A DNA stretch of 63,989 nucleotides, filler included, from Barthelona sp. PAP020 (lineage: Eukaryota): NCBI GenBank assembly GCA_040182905.1. It is 3 parts of 3 records of this genome, joined end to end, with 100 filler letters (N's around TTAATTAATTAA, not from the genome) between each part and the next. Parts side by side here need not be neighbours in the genome. Positions count along the whole stretch, not along the records: positions 1 to 23,824 come from JARQWU010000163.1; positions 23,925 to 47,506 come from JARQWU010000164.1; 1 more part is not named here. One strand, 5' to 3'. A program made the translations under genes and the position numbers. The notes beneath the pieces were generated by a model that was not told where the DNA came from, ran no database searches, and saw nothing but the letters and a program-made list of their open reading frames with translations. Positions 21,945 to 31,981 of the stretch are shown here, piece by piece (within the stretch, counting starts at the first letter, position 1; the number at the start of each line of letters is the position of its first letter).

Positions 21945-22735
21945 TGACTCAATTAATATCTTCAAATAATTAGTAACAACCGAAAACAAAGAAATTGAGA
22001 AATTAATAATTTTTTGCACAATTCTTTTTTCAGATAAGCGAATGTGTGTAATATGATAATGGCCAAAAATAAGGTTAAAAGCATACTAAAAGCCATTTTG
22101 TCGCATTGATGGATTCATTGTTACCTGAATATTTTTTTATATATCCTTCCAAAAATTGAAAAATCAACAGATATTGATTCAAGTAATATATGTGTTGAAA
22201 TGTTTCTTAAAAGAATTATTACAAGTTATACATTGTATTCATTTTAAACACCACCACAAATCAATATAAATTGTTCAAACGGCGATATAAGCAATTGGTT
22301 ATTATTATTTTAGTATCTGTTATTTCTTGCATTATTATATTTGTATTGAGTTTAATATAATCTCAAAACTGTTATCATATCAGTTGTATGCATTATTGTC
22401 AAAAATTGATGCTCTTCAAAAGTTGAATTACAAGAGAAGGAAATGAGGAGAAAAGTTTTTATATCGAGTTAGGGCTTCAGGAATTAACTGTTTCAGTGAA
22501 TGGAGATTGAATGCTTGATGTTGAGCAATATTTATTTAAATGATGTTTCATTGTTTTGTTTTTTTTGTAAATATGTATGGTTGTTTCGTAACTGGACTAA
22601 TTATTCTTTAATTTTACCGAAATATTCATAAGATAAAATAAAAGGGGAAACATTGAGTTTTTTTTATTTGCGTTTGTATGTTGAAAATGATAGTTAGTGT
22701 TTTTCAATATTACCCTTTGGGTTTGAGATATTAAA

Positions 22736-23272
22736 GTTGAAAAAGTTTAGATTTTCTTTGGTAAAGTTTAAACTTTAAAATTTTGCTGTGGCAAAAATTC
22801 AAAAAAATATGAATGAAGAATTTTGGAGAAATTCTCCTATTTGATTGTTCAAATTATATTTCCGTCCCTGAATTCCTTTCCTGAGATTTTGACTGAAATT
22901 TGGTAGAATAAATTTACAATGTTTACTTTCTTTGGAAATGAATATAATTATTTCCAAGCCAAGAAGCACTGTGGCCATGAGTGAATAAGAAAGAATAGTG
23001 TTTATTTGGTTAAAGGCTTTTGAGGCCCGATTGATCTGTTGAAAAACTTTAGATTTTCTGAGGTAAAGTTTAAACTTTAAAATTTTGCTTTTGCAAAAAT
23101 ACAAAAAAATAGGAATAAAGAATTTCTCCAAAATTCTCCTACTTGATCGTTCAAATTACATTTCAGTCTCTCAATTTCTCTCCCGGGATTTTGACTGAAA
23201 TTTGCTAGAATGAGTTTTCTGAATTTACTTTCTTTGTAAATAAATATAGTTGTTTCATAACTGGACCAATTA
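22736..23272 (+). repeat. ~320-bp dispersed repeat: partial copy (22736-22955) head-to-tail with a full copy (22947-23272)
   Basis: Full copy begins atttccaagccaagaagcactgtg and ends gtttcataactggaccaatt. Homologous copies at 38581-38905 and 63145-63464. An extra 3'-end fragment lies at ~22560-22605. Confidence 0.9.
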
Positions 23273-23503
23273 ATTAATTTTTCTAATTTTTTTTCTATAA
23301 TAAACTGATGTAAATGAATTTTGAAATTGTTATAAATATTTGAATAGTATTTATAATTTACTATTTTAATAATGTAAATAATTAGTATAAAAGAATATAT
23401 AATTTTTGAATTATTTATTTTTATTTAACCTCATTTGAAATTTTGCAATGCATTTTTTAATTTGATTGAATTCTTTAATCAATATATTTACTCAATATAC
23501 GTC

Positions 23504-23576
23504 GCCCGCGTAGCTCAGTTGGTAGAGCTACGGACTCTTAATCCGTCGGTCGAGGGTTCGAGCCCCTTCGCGGGCG
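23504..23576 (+). tRNA. tRNA-Lys(CTT)
   Basis: Cloverleaf: GCCCGCG/CGCGGGC acceptor stem, ACGGA-CTCTTAA-TCCGT anticodon arm, GGTTCGAGCC T-arm. T5 terminator at 23579. Confidence 0.97.
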
Positions 23577-23605
23577 AGTTTTTGAAACTTTTATGAGGGA
23601 AATGA

Positions 23606-23615
23606 GATCGAGTCT
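23606..23615 (+). promoter_or_regulatory. External B-box-like motif downstream of tRNA-Lys
   Basis: GATCGAGTCT fits the B-box consensus GWTCRANNC. It lies 29 nt after the tRNA, and the same motif is found after all three tRNAs. Confidence 0.7.
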
Positions 23616-23650
23616 GATCTTTTCAATTTTTAACAAAAAACTCTGAACAG

Positions 23651-23824
23651 TTCACGTTAGACTAAAGGGCAAAATTAAAGGCTTTAATTTATATTTACTA
23701 ACTGGGGTTGGGGAATTCACTCGACAAAATAATAAACATTTGATAAAAGCTTTTACTGTTCAAGGTTAGAGTTTGGGTTACTTGTCACTGGTCTGTTGTG
23801 CGTAGATTGGTTCAGAACTCTCCT
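23651..23824 (+). mobile_element. tRNA-downstream modules A (23651-23690) and B (23714-23824, cut by contig end)
   Basis: A matches the 48525-48599 repeats (reverse complement). B matches 63776-63886 with one mismatch in 111 bp. Confidence 0.7.
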
Positions 23825-23924
23825 NNNNNNNNNNNNNNNNNNNNNNNNNNNNNNNNNNNNNNNNNNNNTTAATTAATTAANNNNNNNNNNNNNNNNNNNN
23901 NNNNNNNNNNNNNNNNNNNNNNNN
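23825..23924. other. Artificial contig linker
   Basis: N44-TTAATTAATTAA-N44 (stops in all frames), identical to 47507-47606. Confidence 0.98.
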
Positions 23925-23926
23925 AG

Positions 23927-24070
23927 AAGATTACTGGTATCATTCTTTCTTTAGGTCGTGATGAATTAATCGGTTTAGCTAATAGTGAAGAAGATTTGAA
24001 GAACACCATTGAAGAAGCTAAGACTGCTTGGGAAGGTTATAAACAACAACAGAAACAAGCTTCTGAATAG
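23927..24070 (+). CDS. C-terminal MLLE/PABC-domain fragment, probably poly(A)-binding protein (5' part missing)
   Basis: KITGIILSLGRDELIGLANSEEDLKNTIEEAKTAWEGYKQQQKQASE* resembles KITGMLLE...L..L..S.E.L...V.EA. Confidence 0.7.
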   Translation, partial: KITGIILSLGRDELIGLANSEEDLKNTIEEAKTAWEGYKQQQKQASE

Positions 24071-24386
24071 AACGCTGATAAACGGGTTTGGATAAATAGG
24101 TGTTAGGAAATCATTTTTTTTTTTTAATTTGTCAATGTGAGTTCCGAATAAAGTGTTGGTGAACAAACACAAATGGAAAAAAGAAATTCAATGGAATAGC
24201 ATATTTATTTCGAATAAAATGGCCCCATGTGAGAAATGATACGATGTAACAATATCCAGAGTGGGAGTTTCCGGCTAAAAACACTAAGACAACGCTTTGA
24301 AAAAATGTAACCCAAACGAATTCATGAAATTTGAAATGTGATATTCTTCAAAAGATGATAAAGCAAAAAACTTAAAAGAACTGTTT

Positions 24387-25574
24387 CTACAAATCATCTA
24401 AATCAAAATTAACTGAGTCCAACAACTGTTTGATAGGATCATGAGTCATTCTCAAAGAAATATCAGGATTGACAAAACTGTTTATTGAATGCAGCCAAGG
24501 TTGAAACAAATTCAAATGGTTTTTCCAAGGAGGAAATGAACTTTCAAATTCCAAAAATTCATTCAATATGGGTTGCAGAAACGAACAATGATTTTCACAA
24601 GGAGGATGATATTTGTTGACCAAAACATTGAAAAAAAAAATTGTTACAAAGGAAATATCTTTTAAGTGTCTGTCAATACTGTTATCGTTTGGATGAAAAA
24701 CCTGAAATTGATAATTTTTGAACAGCAACCAAAAACTCAAAAGCTTAACAAAGATTCCAAAATATTTCTGTGAAGGTCTGGATAAAATATTAAAAAACAA
24801 ATTGTAAACGTCAAATTTTTGCAATTTTTGCAAAAGACTGATGTAAAAAAATTCAAACATTTGAAAGAAAACATTGGAAGATTTAAATAAATTGTGGACT
24901 TTAAAAATGTTTGTATAATAACACAATAAACAAGAATTTTCAAGACAATCAGTTCTAATAATGTCATTGAAAAAAAAAAAATTTAAAATATTATCAAAAG
25001 CTATTGAAGTTTCATATATAGAATTCGCAAACGAAAATATAGTCAAAAGAATGTTTAAAAAGAACAAATTTAAGTTATTTTGAGCAATTCTTTTAAAATC
25101 AGCTTCAAACAAGATTTCTTTGCTCAAAATAGATTTGAATAATATTATTAATCCTTCAACCAATACATAATTTTCAAGTAATTTCTTTTTAAGACTTTCT
25201 TCAATGTCATCAAAAAATAGTGGATTTACATCCATTCCCAAAGATTCAAATCCTTGGTTTAACAAAATTATTAATGAATTAAAAGATACCTCTGTTGTTT
25301 GAAAAACGTTCATACAATGATTTATTTTCAATTGGATAATTTTAAAAAAGAGTATCCTCGAATAAATGGTCTTAACATTTATTCGTAAGATTTGGTCTAA
25401 TATACTTGAAATAGTATCATTGTCATCAATTAAACTGAAAATTTCAAATGTTAAAGACTGTTCTCTGTTAACACTTTTCAAAAAGATAAATACTCGTTTT
25501 TTTGTGGAAGGTTCATCCAAATTTTGAACATTTTTAGCATAAAAAGCATCTAATTTTGTTTGTTGATTAAACAT
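24387..25574 (-). CDS. Hypothetical protein (395 aa)
   Basis: Long ATG-started ORF in AT-rich DNA; no motif recognised. Confidence 0.6.
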   Translation of the reverse strand: MFNQQTKLDAFYAKNVQNLDEPSTKKRVFIFLKSVNREQSLTFEIFSLIDDNDTISSILDQILRINVKTIYSRILFFKIIQLKINHCMNVFQTTEVSFNSLIILLNQGFESLGMDVNPLFFDDIEESLKKKLLENYVLVEGLIILFKSILSKEILFEADFKRIAQNNLNLFFLNILLTIFSFANSIYETSIAFDNILNFFFFNDIIRTDCLENSCLLCYYTNIFKVHNLFKSSNVFFQMFEFFYISLLQKLQKFDVYNLFFNILSRPSQKYFGIFVKLLSFWLLFKNYQFQVFHPNDNSIDRHLKDISFVTIFFFNVLVNKYHPPCENHCSFLQPILNEFLEFESSFPPWKNHLNLFQPWLHSINSFVNPDISLRMTHDPIKQLLDSVNFDLDDL

Positions 25575-25623
25575 ATCATTTTAAAGAAAAAGAAAATGAA
25601 AAAGAAATAAAAAAAAAAACAGA

Positions 25624-26712
25624 CTATTTATACATAACTAATTCATTATCACACTTAATGGTGACGATAAAACCTTGATTAATATTATATTTTTTGTTTC
25701 CAACAAAAATTTTAATGAACGTATCAAAAAAACACTCCATTGATGAATCAAAATAAACATTTACAACACCGACACCCAACAAGAAGTCATCAAAAATGAT
25801 ACTTACATTTTCATCAAAATTTTCATTTTCCATGATGAAATATCCATGAAAATAACATCTTTCAATCAAAGTGCAAACAAATTTAATTTTTAAGAAACGT
25901 TCAGAAAAAGAAAAAATTTTTGGAAAATATTCAATTGAAGGTGAAAAAAAATACTGCAAATTCTCTTTTAAAATTAAATTGTTATTTCCAATTGATGACA
26001 ACAACAAAAATTGATATACTATAGAAATTAGACTGCAATTCCAACTTAAAATCGCTTGATTCATTTGTAAAAAGTCATAAATGTAACCTGAACACATTGA
26101 CAAACTCCCTGAAGTAAAATGAAGATTCAAAGGTTGCAAACAAAGAAAGTCAGCATTAAATTGAAAGTCAAGCTCATAAGTTTCTTCAAAATAATATCCA
26201 AAACTTATTACAGTTTGAAAATTTGCAGGGAAAGTTAAAAAATTTTTTGTCCCAATAGATGAAACAATAACACTATTCATTCCTTGAAATTTTGCTATCA
26301 TTTCTGAATCAAATCTAGAAGTCTTTATGCCTCCCGCAAAAATTAATAAATTCACAGAACTGTTTTGCTTTAAGATATTGACGAATCTTAAACCAGAAAA
26401 GAAAAGATCATTCAAATTTTTTTGGTAATAATAATCGTTATATAAATTAATTAAAAATAAATTTCCGTAAAAAGTCAAATAATGAGAAGTTGCATCCAAA
26501 AACTCATTTGCAACTAAGAATCCATGATTAGAAAAGACATTATTATTGTTATCTTTCACATTAATGAGCTCGTACTTGCAAATTAATGGATTTAAATGGT
26601 CCAAATACTGAGAATTAAAATTATCCAAAATGAAAATTGATATCTTATCATTATTTCCAGTTCCAAATGTGAAAAGTAACAATAATAATAAATAAAATGC
26701 GCTTAATTTCAC
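25624..26712 (-). CDS. Putative secreted, highly divergent subtilase (S8/site-1-protease-like); start codon uncertain
   Basis: Hydrophobic N-terminus, then ordered remnants IFILD, NHG.LVA, NLL..AGG, VIVSSIG...FPA....VISFG, FTS. Confidence 0.45.
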   Translation of the reverse strand: MKLSAFYLLLLLLFTFGTGNNDKISIFILDNFNSQYLDHLNPLICKYELINVKDNNNNVFSNHGFLVANEFLDATSHYLTFYGNLFLINLYNDYYYQKNLNDLFFSGLRFVNILKQNSSVNLLIFAGGIKTSRFDSEMIAKFQGMNSVIVSSIGTKNFLTFPANFQTVISFGYYFEETYELDFQFNADFLCLQPLNLHFTSGSLSMCSGYIYDFLQMNQAILSWNCSLISIVYQFLLLSSIGNNNLILKENLQYFFSPSIEYFPKIFSFSERFLKIKFVCTLIERCYFHGYFIMENENFDENVSIIFDDFLLGVGVVNVYFDSSMECFFDTFIKIFVGNKKYNINQGFIVTIKCDNELVMYK

Positions 26713-26804
26713 TTTCTTAACATGAATGAATGAATAACATTGAAGAATAGGTATTCAAATTTTTTGTTTTTGATTTTTGTTTTTCACGAACTTAAATCAA
26801 AATT

Positions 26805-28271
26805 ATGAACATAACACGAACAATTAGCATGAATAACTCGAATTATAGTGCATATTCTCCAAATCAAAAAAATTCTTTGATGCGTAAAACGTCATTTCAA
26901 AGTAGGAAAGGTAGTAATGGAAATTTTGAAATGGCACAAAGAAATAATTATGAAGAAACGATTAAAGCTTTGGAGAATGAAAAGAATCAATTGCAATTAA
27001 GATTATCTCATCAAAATGAAACGTTTACAGAAGAAAAAAAAGCACTACAGAAACAAATTGATGATTTAGTGAATCAAAGAACAGAATTGATGAAAAAAAG
27101 TGCATTATTTTCCAGATTACAAAATGAAATTATTAATTTACATTTAGAATTTCAAGATAGAACATTAGAAGAAGATACATCAATTATAGATGTTAATCAA
27201 GAACGAAAAACTTTGGAGAAAATTTCCCCCTTAACTGTTTTAGATTACTGTCGAGCGAATCTCAGAATTTTATTGACTTTTAAAGAAGATTTTGAGGTTG
27301 AATTGCACAGTAGAAGTGATAAACGAGCGTCAATGTTTGATGAAACAAAGAAAAAGTATCAAAAGGAAATTACTCAGTTGAAAGACAAATTCAGAACATG
27401 TTCAAGTGATTGCGAAAAATTAAAGACCCAATTTTTGAATGAAAAAGAAAATGCAAAAAAAGCAGATAACACCATTGTAGAACTTGAGCATAAATTTTTA
27501 ATTGAAAAACAGCTGCATTCAAAGGAAGTCTTTGACCTAAGAAATGAAATCATCGAAAAGAATTTGGAAATTTCGGAACTTAAGAAAGTCATGTCCAGCG
27601 CAGAAATAAAAAGCAGGCAAATTGAGAAATTAGAATCAGAGTTAGGTAATGCACATGCCGATCATCGAACAAACCTTACCAAATTTGAAAATGAAACGAG
27701 AGGATTAATTCAACAGATTAATGAAGAGAGTAGACGCACTCAAATATTACAATTAGAAAATGAGAAATTGGAAGAAATTATAAAGAAGAAAGATGCTTTG
27801 TTGCTATCATACAAGCGAAATATTAGTGTTAATTTGAAAGATTCTTTGGAAGCAGAATTGATAAAAACAAAGACTCAATTGAATCAAACACATGAAAAAG
27901 TTGAAGAATTGGAAACAAATTTGAGAAAAAGTAAAAGGGCAAATATGACCATGGCAGAAAAGAATCTTAGAATGAAAGCGGAATATGACAAGTTGCAAAA
28001 TTCTAAAAAAACTAAATCAAGTGTTAAAGCAGTACATATCAAACAATTGGAAGCTGCTCTCATTGAAAATGATGCACTAAAGAATTCTTTAGTAAATCAA
28101 AAGAAAGAAAGGGAGGAATTGATTGAAAAAGTAAGACAAGTCACTGCAAATACAAGTAATAACTTGGTTGCTCAACATTCAAGAAAATTGGAAAGAGATA
28201 GAGTTCAAAAACAGTTTCAGAAACTGAAAACAAATGCAGAAGTTGCTTTGGCCGGTAATTACATCGAATAA
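26805..28271 (+). CDS. Coiled-coil protein
   Basis: 488-aa ORF with E/K/Q/L heptad composition. Confidence 0.75.
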   Translation: MNITRTISMNNSNYSAYSPNQKNSLMRKTSFQSRKGSNGNFEMAQRNNYEETIKALENEKNQLQLRLSHQNETFTEEKKALQKQIDDLVNQRTELMKKSALFSRLQNEIINLHLEFQDRTLEEDTSIIDVNQERKTLEKISPLTVLDYCRANLRILLTFKEDFEVELHSRSDKRASMFDETKKKYQKEITQLKDKFRTCSSDCEKLKTQFLNEKENAKKADNTIVELEHKFLIEKQLHSKEVFDLRNEIIEKNLEISELKKVMSSAEIKSRQIEKLESELGNAHADHRTNLTKFENETRGLIQQINEESRRTQILQLENEKLEEIIKKKDALLLSYKRNISVNLKDSLEAELIKTKTQLNQTHEKVEELETNLRKSKRANMTMAEKNLRMKAEYDKLQNSKKTKSSVKAVHIKQLEAALIENDALKNSLVNQKKEREELIEKVRQVTANTSNNLVAQHSRKLERDRVQKQFQKLKTNAEVALAGNYIE

Positions 28272-28608
28272 TCAACCAAATCTTTTTTGTTATTTTGTCA
28301 GTATCATGTATATTTGTTGTATTTGACTGTTATTTTGTCTCATGTTTTTTATTGTATTTTTTTTTTATTCCCTCACACATTTCTTTTATAAATAGCTTTT
28401 ACATTTTTTTAGATGATTTAAGCTTTTTCACAATTGTTTAAAAATATATTTCTAAATGAATAAACTTTTTGATAGAAAATTTTCATTCAACCCAAACTGT
28501 TGATTGCAACACGTAACCTTTTTATTTTCAATAATTCAAATCGAATAATATTTGAGATAAATGATTAAAATTTCGTTTTAAATTATTTTTTATAATTATT
28601 TTTGTTAA

Positions 28609-29223
28609 ATGGCCACTCTACCCAAATTTCCGGGAACAAGACACTTTCCATCTAGTCCTAGAGGAATCCCTGCGATGTTTTTTATAGTATGAAACCAATT
28701 TTGTAATAAGCCTATATACTAATGTTTAAAGGAAAATATGGACAAATTTATGGAATCACAGGACAATGGAGATTCGGTTTTAGCTAAATTAAATCAAAAC
28801 AAAAACCAATATCAAAAATCGGAAGTTGACCATCTTCAAAAATTGGGTGATTTCTCCGCCCAACAAAGAGAATTAGAAATGAATCTTAGAACAATCAATC
28901 AAATTGAGGAATTAACTGAGGAAAACAAAGATTACAAAACTGTCTTTTCTCTAGGTGATACTGTTATGGCTCATGCTGTTATTCCAAAAAATACCGATCA
29001 TTGTTATGTTTGGTTAGATTCCAAAACTTGTATTGAATTAAATTTTGACGAAGCCAGAGATTTATTCCAAAAGCAACTTGAAAAGACCAAAAATCACATC
29101 AAAGAAGTCAACGAAGATTTAGATTTCCTCAAGAGACAAATTACCATATGTGAAGTCTCTTATTTCCGTGTGTATAACTGGACAGTTTTAAGAGCCAGAC
29201 AATCTGGAAAGCAGAAAAAATGA
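28609..29223 (+). CDS. VBP1: Prefoldin subunit 3 (VBP1), intron 28687-28731
   Basis: Exon 1 (MATLPKFPGTRHFPSSPRGIPAMFFI) joins ENMDKFM through a 45-nt GT..CTAAT..AG intron. PRGIP, F.L.DTV.A.A.IP and DL.FLK.QIT.CEV..FRVYNW motifs. Confidence 0.9.
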
Positions 29224-29523
29224 GAACAACGAATAACATAAACGCAGTTTTTTCTTTTTTATCCCCAAAGCACCAAATGAAAAAAAAAAAAAAAGTCCAT
29301 TATTTATATGTACAAAGAATAAATAGAAAAAGAAAAGAAAACGAGAAAACTGAAGATGTTTTCTCATTTTAACTGTGTAAATAGGGACTCACGGATATTG
29401 CGTTCTCTGGATGGAGATGAGAATACAACATAAAAGACTACAGCAAAAGGGAAAAATGAATGCACAATCAAACATTTGACACGTGAAAAATGAACAAAAC
29501 CAGGATTGAAAGCTCTGAAACTT

Positions 29524-31578
29524 CTACATGTTGTTTGCCTCGATTTCATAAAATCTCTTATTTGTTTTCAAGTCATCCAGAATTCTCATTTTATCACCAT
29601 TTGGCAGAACAGATACCAAAGCGCTGACTGCTGGTTCTGTTGCAAACTTGATAAAGTTGAACTGACACTTGGCCAATTGAGGTTTGGAACGATCACAAAA
29701 GGCTGAAAGGGGGAGATTTTGAGATTTTTCCAAATCACCTTGGCGATAAAATTCATTCATGACTGCATTCGCCCATTGTAGCGCAATGGCTTTTGGTCTT
29801 GCGGGATTTGAAACATCGGATGTCTTTAAAATCATGAGAAGAATCAATTTTCTGTCTTCTGCAATGTTGAAGTCAAATCCTGCATCTGAATTCACTTTTG
29901 CATTAAACTGGGTCATGATACGATAGTGGTCCTTCAAATCGGTGGCAAGAACAAAGTCAATAACAAGCGAACGGAAAAGTTGTTGATTTTCTGGGCTTAA
30001 CTCATTGATGATATTAAACTGGCTGTTCAACATCATTTGCCATGCAGAAGACATGTGATGGTTCTCCAAAATAGCCTTGTCGTTGTATAACAACGCAAGT
30101 TGAGTTTGTGAATTGATATGGAACACGTTGGAGGTTCCTGGATGTCCAAAGTCATGAATGAACGCTGCAAAAAACAGTGCAAAGATTTCCAGATCAGTCA
30201 AAAACGGCTCCAATCCACCAGCACTGATAAAATAGTGACATGCCTGAGTCACGTCAAGTGCATGAACATTGTTGTGGTAGGGATTTTTTTCAACAGGTCG
30301 GTAGCCATGTTCAATCAAATTTAACAGACTTCTCAGTGTGTCCTCCTTTATGTTGAACTTCGCCGGTATGTCGTACTTCAGGCAGATAACATATGAAAGA
30401 ATTGTCATAGGCCTTGAAAATTGCCTTGCAAAGGTAAAAGAATCGAAATTCCAAGATTCCATGAGGTCCATGACTTTGGCAAACTGATTTGTCTGTTGCG
30501 GCTGCATAATGCGACTTACTCGTGAAATAAGAGTCGCTTTTGGAATAGAAGACCTGGTGCGGTCAACTTCAATCGGAGTGGAAGGTCTTGAACTGGAATT
30601 GCTGATAGATGTCCCCCTGATAACATCTGTCCGGAATATTTCTGTAAACCAGTCATTGATTTCGTGATCAATATCGTTGTTCTCCTCCAACATAATCTGT
30701 GGTGTGAATAAACGAGTTGTGGAACTCAATTCAGCACTGATATTATCTAAAATTACTCTATTTTCATTTGTGATGGATGGATCTTGTCTCAGCTCGCTTA
30801 ACTTCTTTATGATTCTGCCCAATGGAGTATTAACATCATCAGAACTGTTGGTATCTCTACTAAACAATTTCTTTTGCAAAGTTTGATTCTGCTTCTGTAA
30901 ATTTGTAACCGCACGTTCACTGGTGAGTATTTTTAATATATAGGTCTTCACAAACTGTTGCATGTTCAAAAAAAGCAACCCCAAAATAAATACAGAACAC
31001 AGGTTGGACGTCGCAACCTCCGCCGATATCGGAGTGGTGAGCGGAATTCCCTTCCAGAAGGAGGAAAAATCACTACTGGTATCGTTGTAAAAAAAAGTCA
31101 TGAATGTCAACAGAATAATGTAGATGAAGTTATATAAAAACATAAAAGTGACCAATCTCTGTCTTAAATCAGGATCTCCCGTCTGTAAAGAAACGATAAT
31201 AATACCACAAAAGAATACATAATATATTTGAGCGTGCGCTTCTCGGGAAGCTATTATCGCAACACAAAAAGGTACTAATGACGATAAAAGGAACCACGAT
31301 GAATACTTCTCCTGTCTAAAAAACATGTCGGAAACACATGATATTACCAAAGTCACAAACATGTATGGAAGAACAAAACTAAATCGAATATTCGGTGCAA
31401 GCAAGGTTATTTCTGATACAATTATCAAAAAACATATCAAAAAATGCACAAGAATCATTTGTGAAACAATGGAACCTTGAATAAATTGAGTGTGTTTCGT
31501 CTTGTTATTCAATTTGGTTTGATTATCCAAATGTAAAGCAGACATCTGCAACGACAATGTTGATTCGGAAGGATGCAT
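29524..31578 (-). CDS. Class I cyclic-nucleotide phosphodiesterase with N-terminal TM region
   Basis: YHN..HA.DV, HDFGHPG, LENHH, LATD, SDVSN and EFY.QGD.E motifs; about six hydrophobic helices upstream. Start ATG inferred. Confidence 0.93.
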   Translation of the reverse strand: MHPSESTLSLQMSALHLDNQTKLNNKTKHTQFIQGSIVSQMILVHFLICFLIIVSEITLLAPNIRFSFVLPYMFVTLVISCVSDMFFRQEKYSSWFLLSSLVPFCVAIIASREAHAQIYYVFFCGIIIVSLQTGDPDLRQRLVTFMFLYNFIYIILLTFMTFFYNDTSSDFSSFWKGIPLTTPISAEVATSNLCSVFILGLLFLNMQQFVKTYILKILTSERAVTNLQKQNQTLQKKLFSRDTNSSDDVNTPLGRIIKKLSELRQDPSITNENRVILDNISAELSSTTRLFTPQIMLEENNDIDHEINDWFTEIFRTDVIRGTSISNSSSRPSTPIEVDRTRSSIPKATLISRVSRIMQPQQTNQFAKVMDLMESWNFDSFTFARQFSRPMTILSYVICLKYDIPAKFNIKEDTLRSLLNLIEHGYRPVEKNPYHNNVHALDVTQACHYFISAGGLEPFLTDLEIFALFFAAFIHDFGHPGTSNVFHINSQTQLALLYNDKAILENHHMSSAWQMMLNSQFNIINELSPENQQLFRSLVIDFVLATDLKDHYRIMTQFNAKVNSDAGFDFNIAEDRKLILLMILKTSDVSNPARPKAIALQWANAVMNEFYRQGDLEKSQNLPLSAFCDRSKPQLAKCQFNFIKFATEPAVSALVSVLPNGDKMRILDDLKTNKRFYEIEANNM

Positions 31579-31981
31579 GGAGTAACAAAACAAATGAATT
31601 TGAACCAAAAATATTTTTTTTCTCCAGAAATACAAATTGTTCATTATTATTTTCGCGTTTGATAATATTTGAAGCAAATGTAACAATTAAATATCAAGGA
31701 TTTATATTTTTTAAAAAGTTGATTGTGTTTCATTTGTTGTGTTCACTATTGAGTTAACACATGTATAAATAATCCAAAAAAAATGTATAAATATATTAAT
31801 TTACTCCTTTAATTTTAAATGCTTTGTCAAAGCTTTTTTTTAACAAACAGGAATCAAAAAGTAAGAAAATTAATGGCTTTTTGACATCATACAATATGAA
31901 ATTTACTTCTTGGAAATGTCAAAAAAAAAATTGAAGGAATTGAAATTTTTTTTCAATTTAGACACTTATGAACCATTAAAT

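Noticed and set aside
22799..23131. Similar short ORFs MEKFFIP... here and at 38580-38762
   Set aside because: Chance frames within the non-coding ~320-bp repeat. They lack ATG starts and the frame is not preserved between copies.
23504..23824. tRNA-derived SINE interpretation
   Set aside because: The heads are three different tRNAs, two with intact terminators, and the spacers between tRNA and modules differ.
23825..23924. TTAATTAATTAA palindrome within N runs (also 47507-47606)
   Set aside because: Artificial concatenation linker; adjacency across it has no biological meaning.
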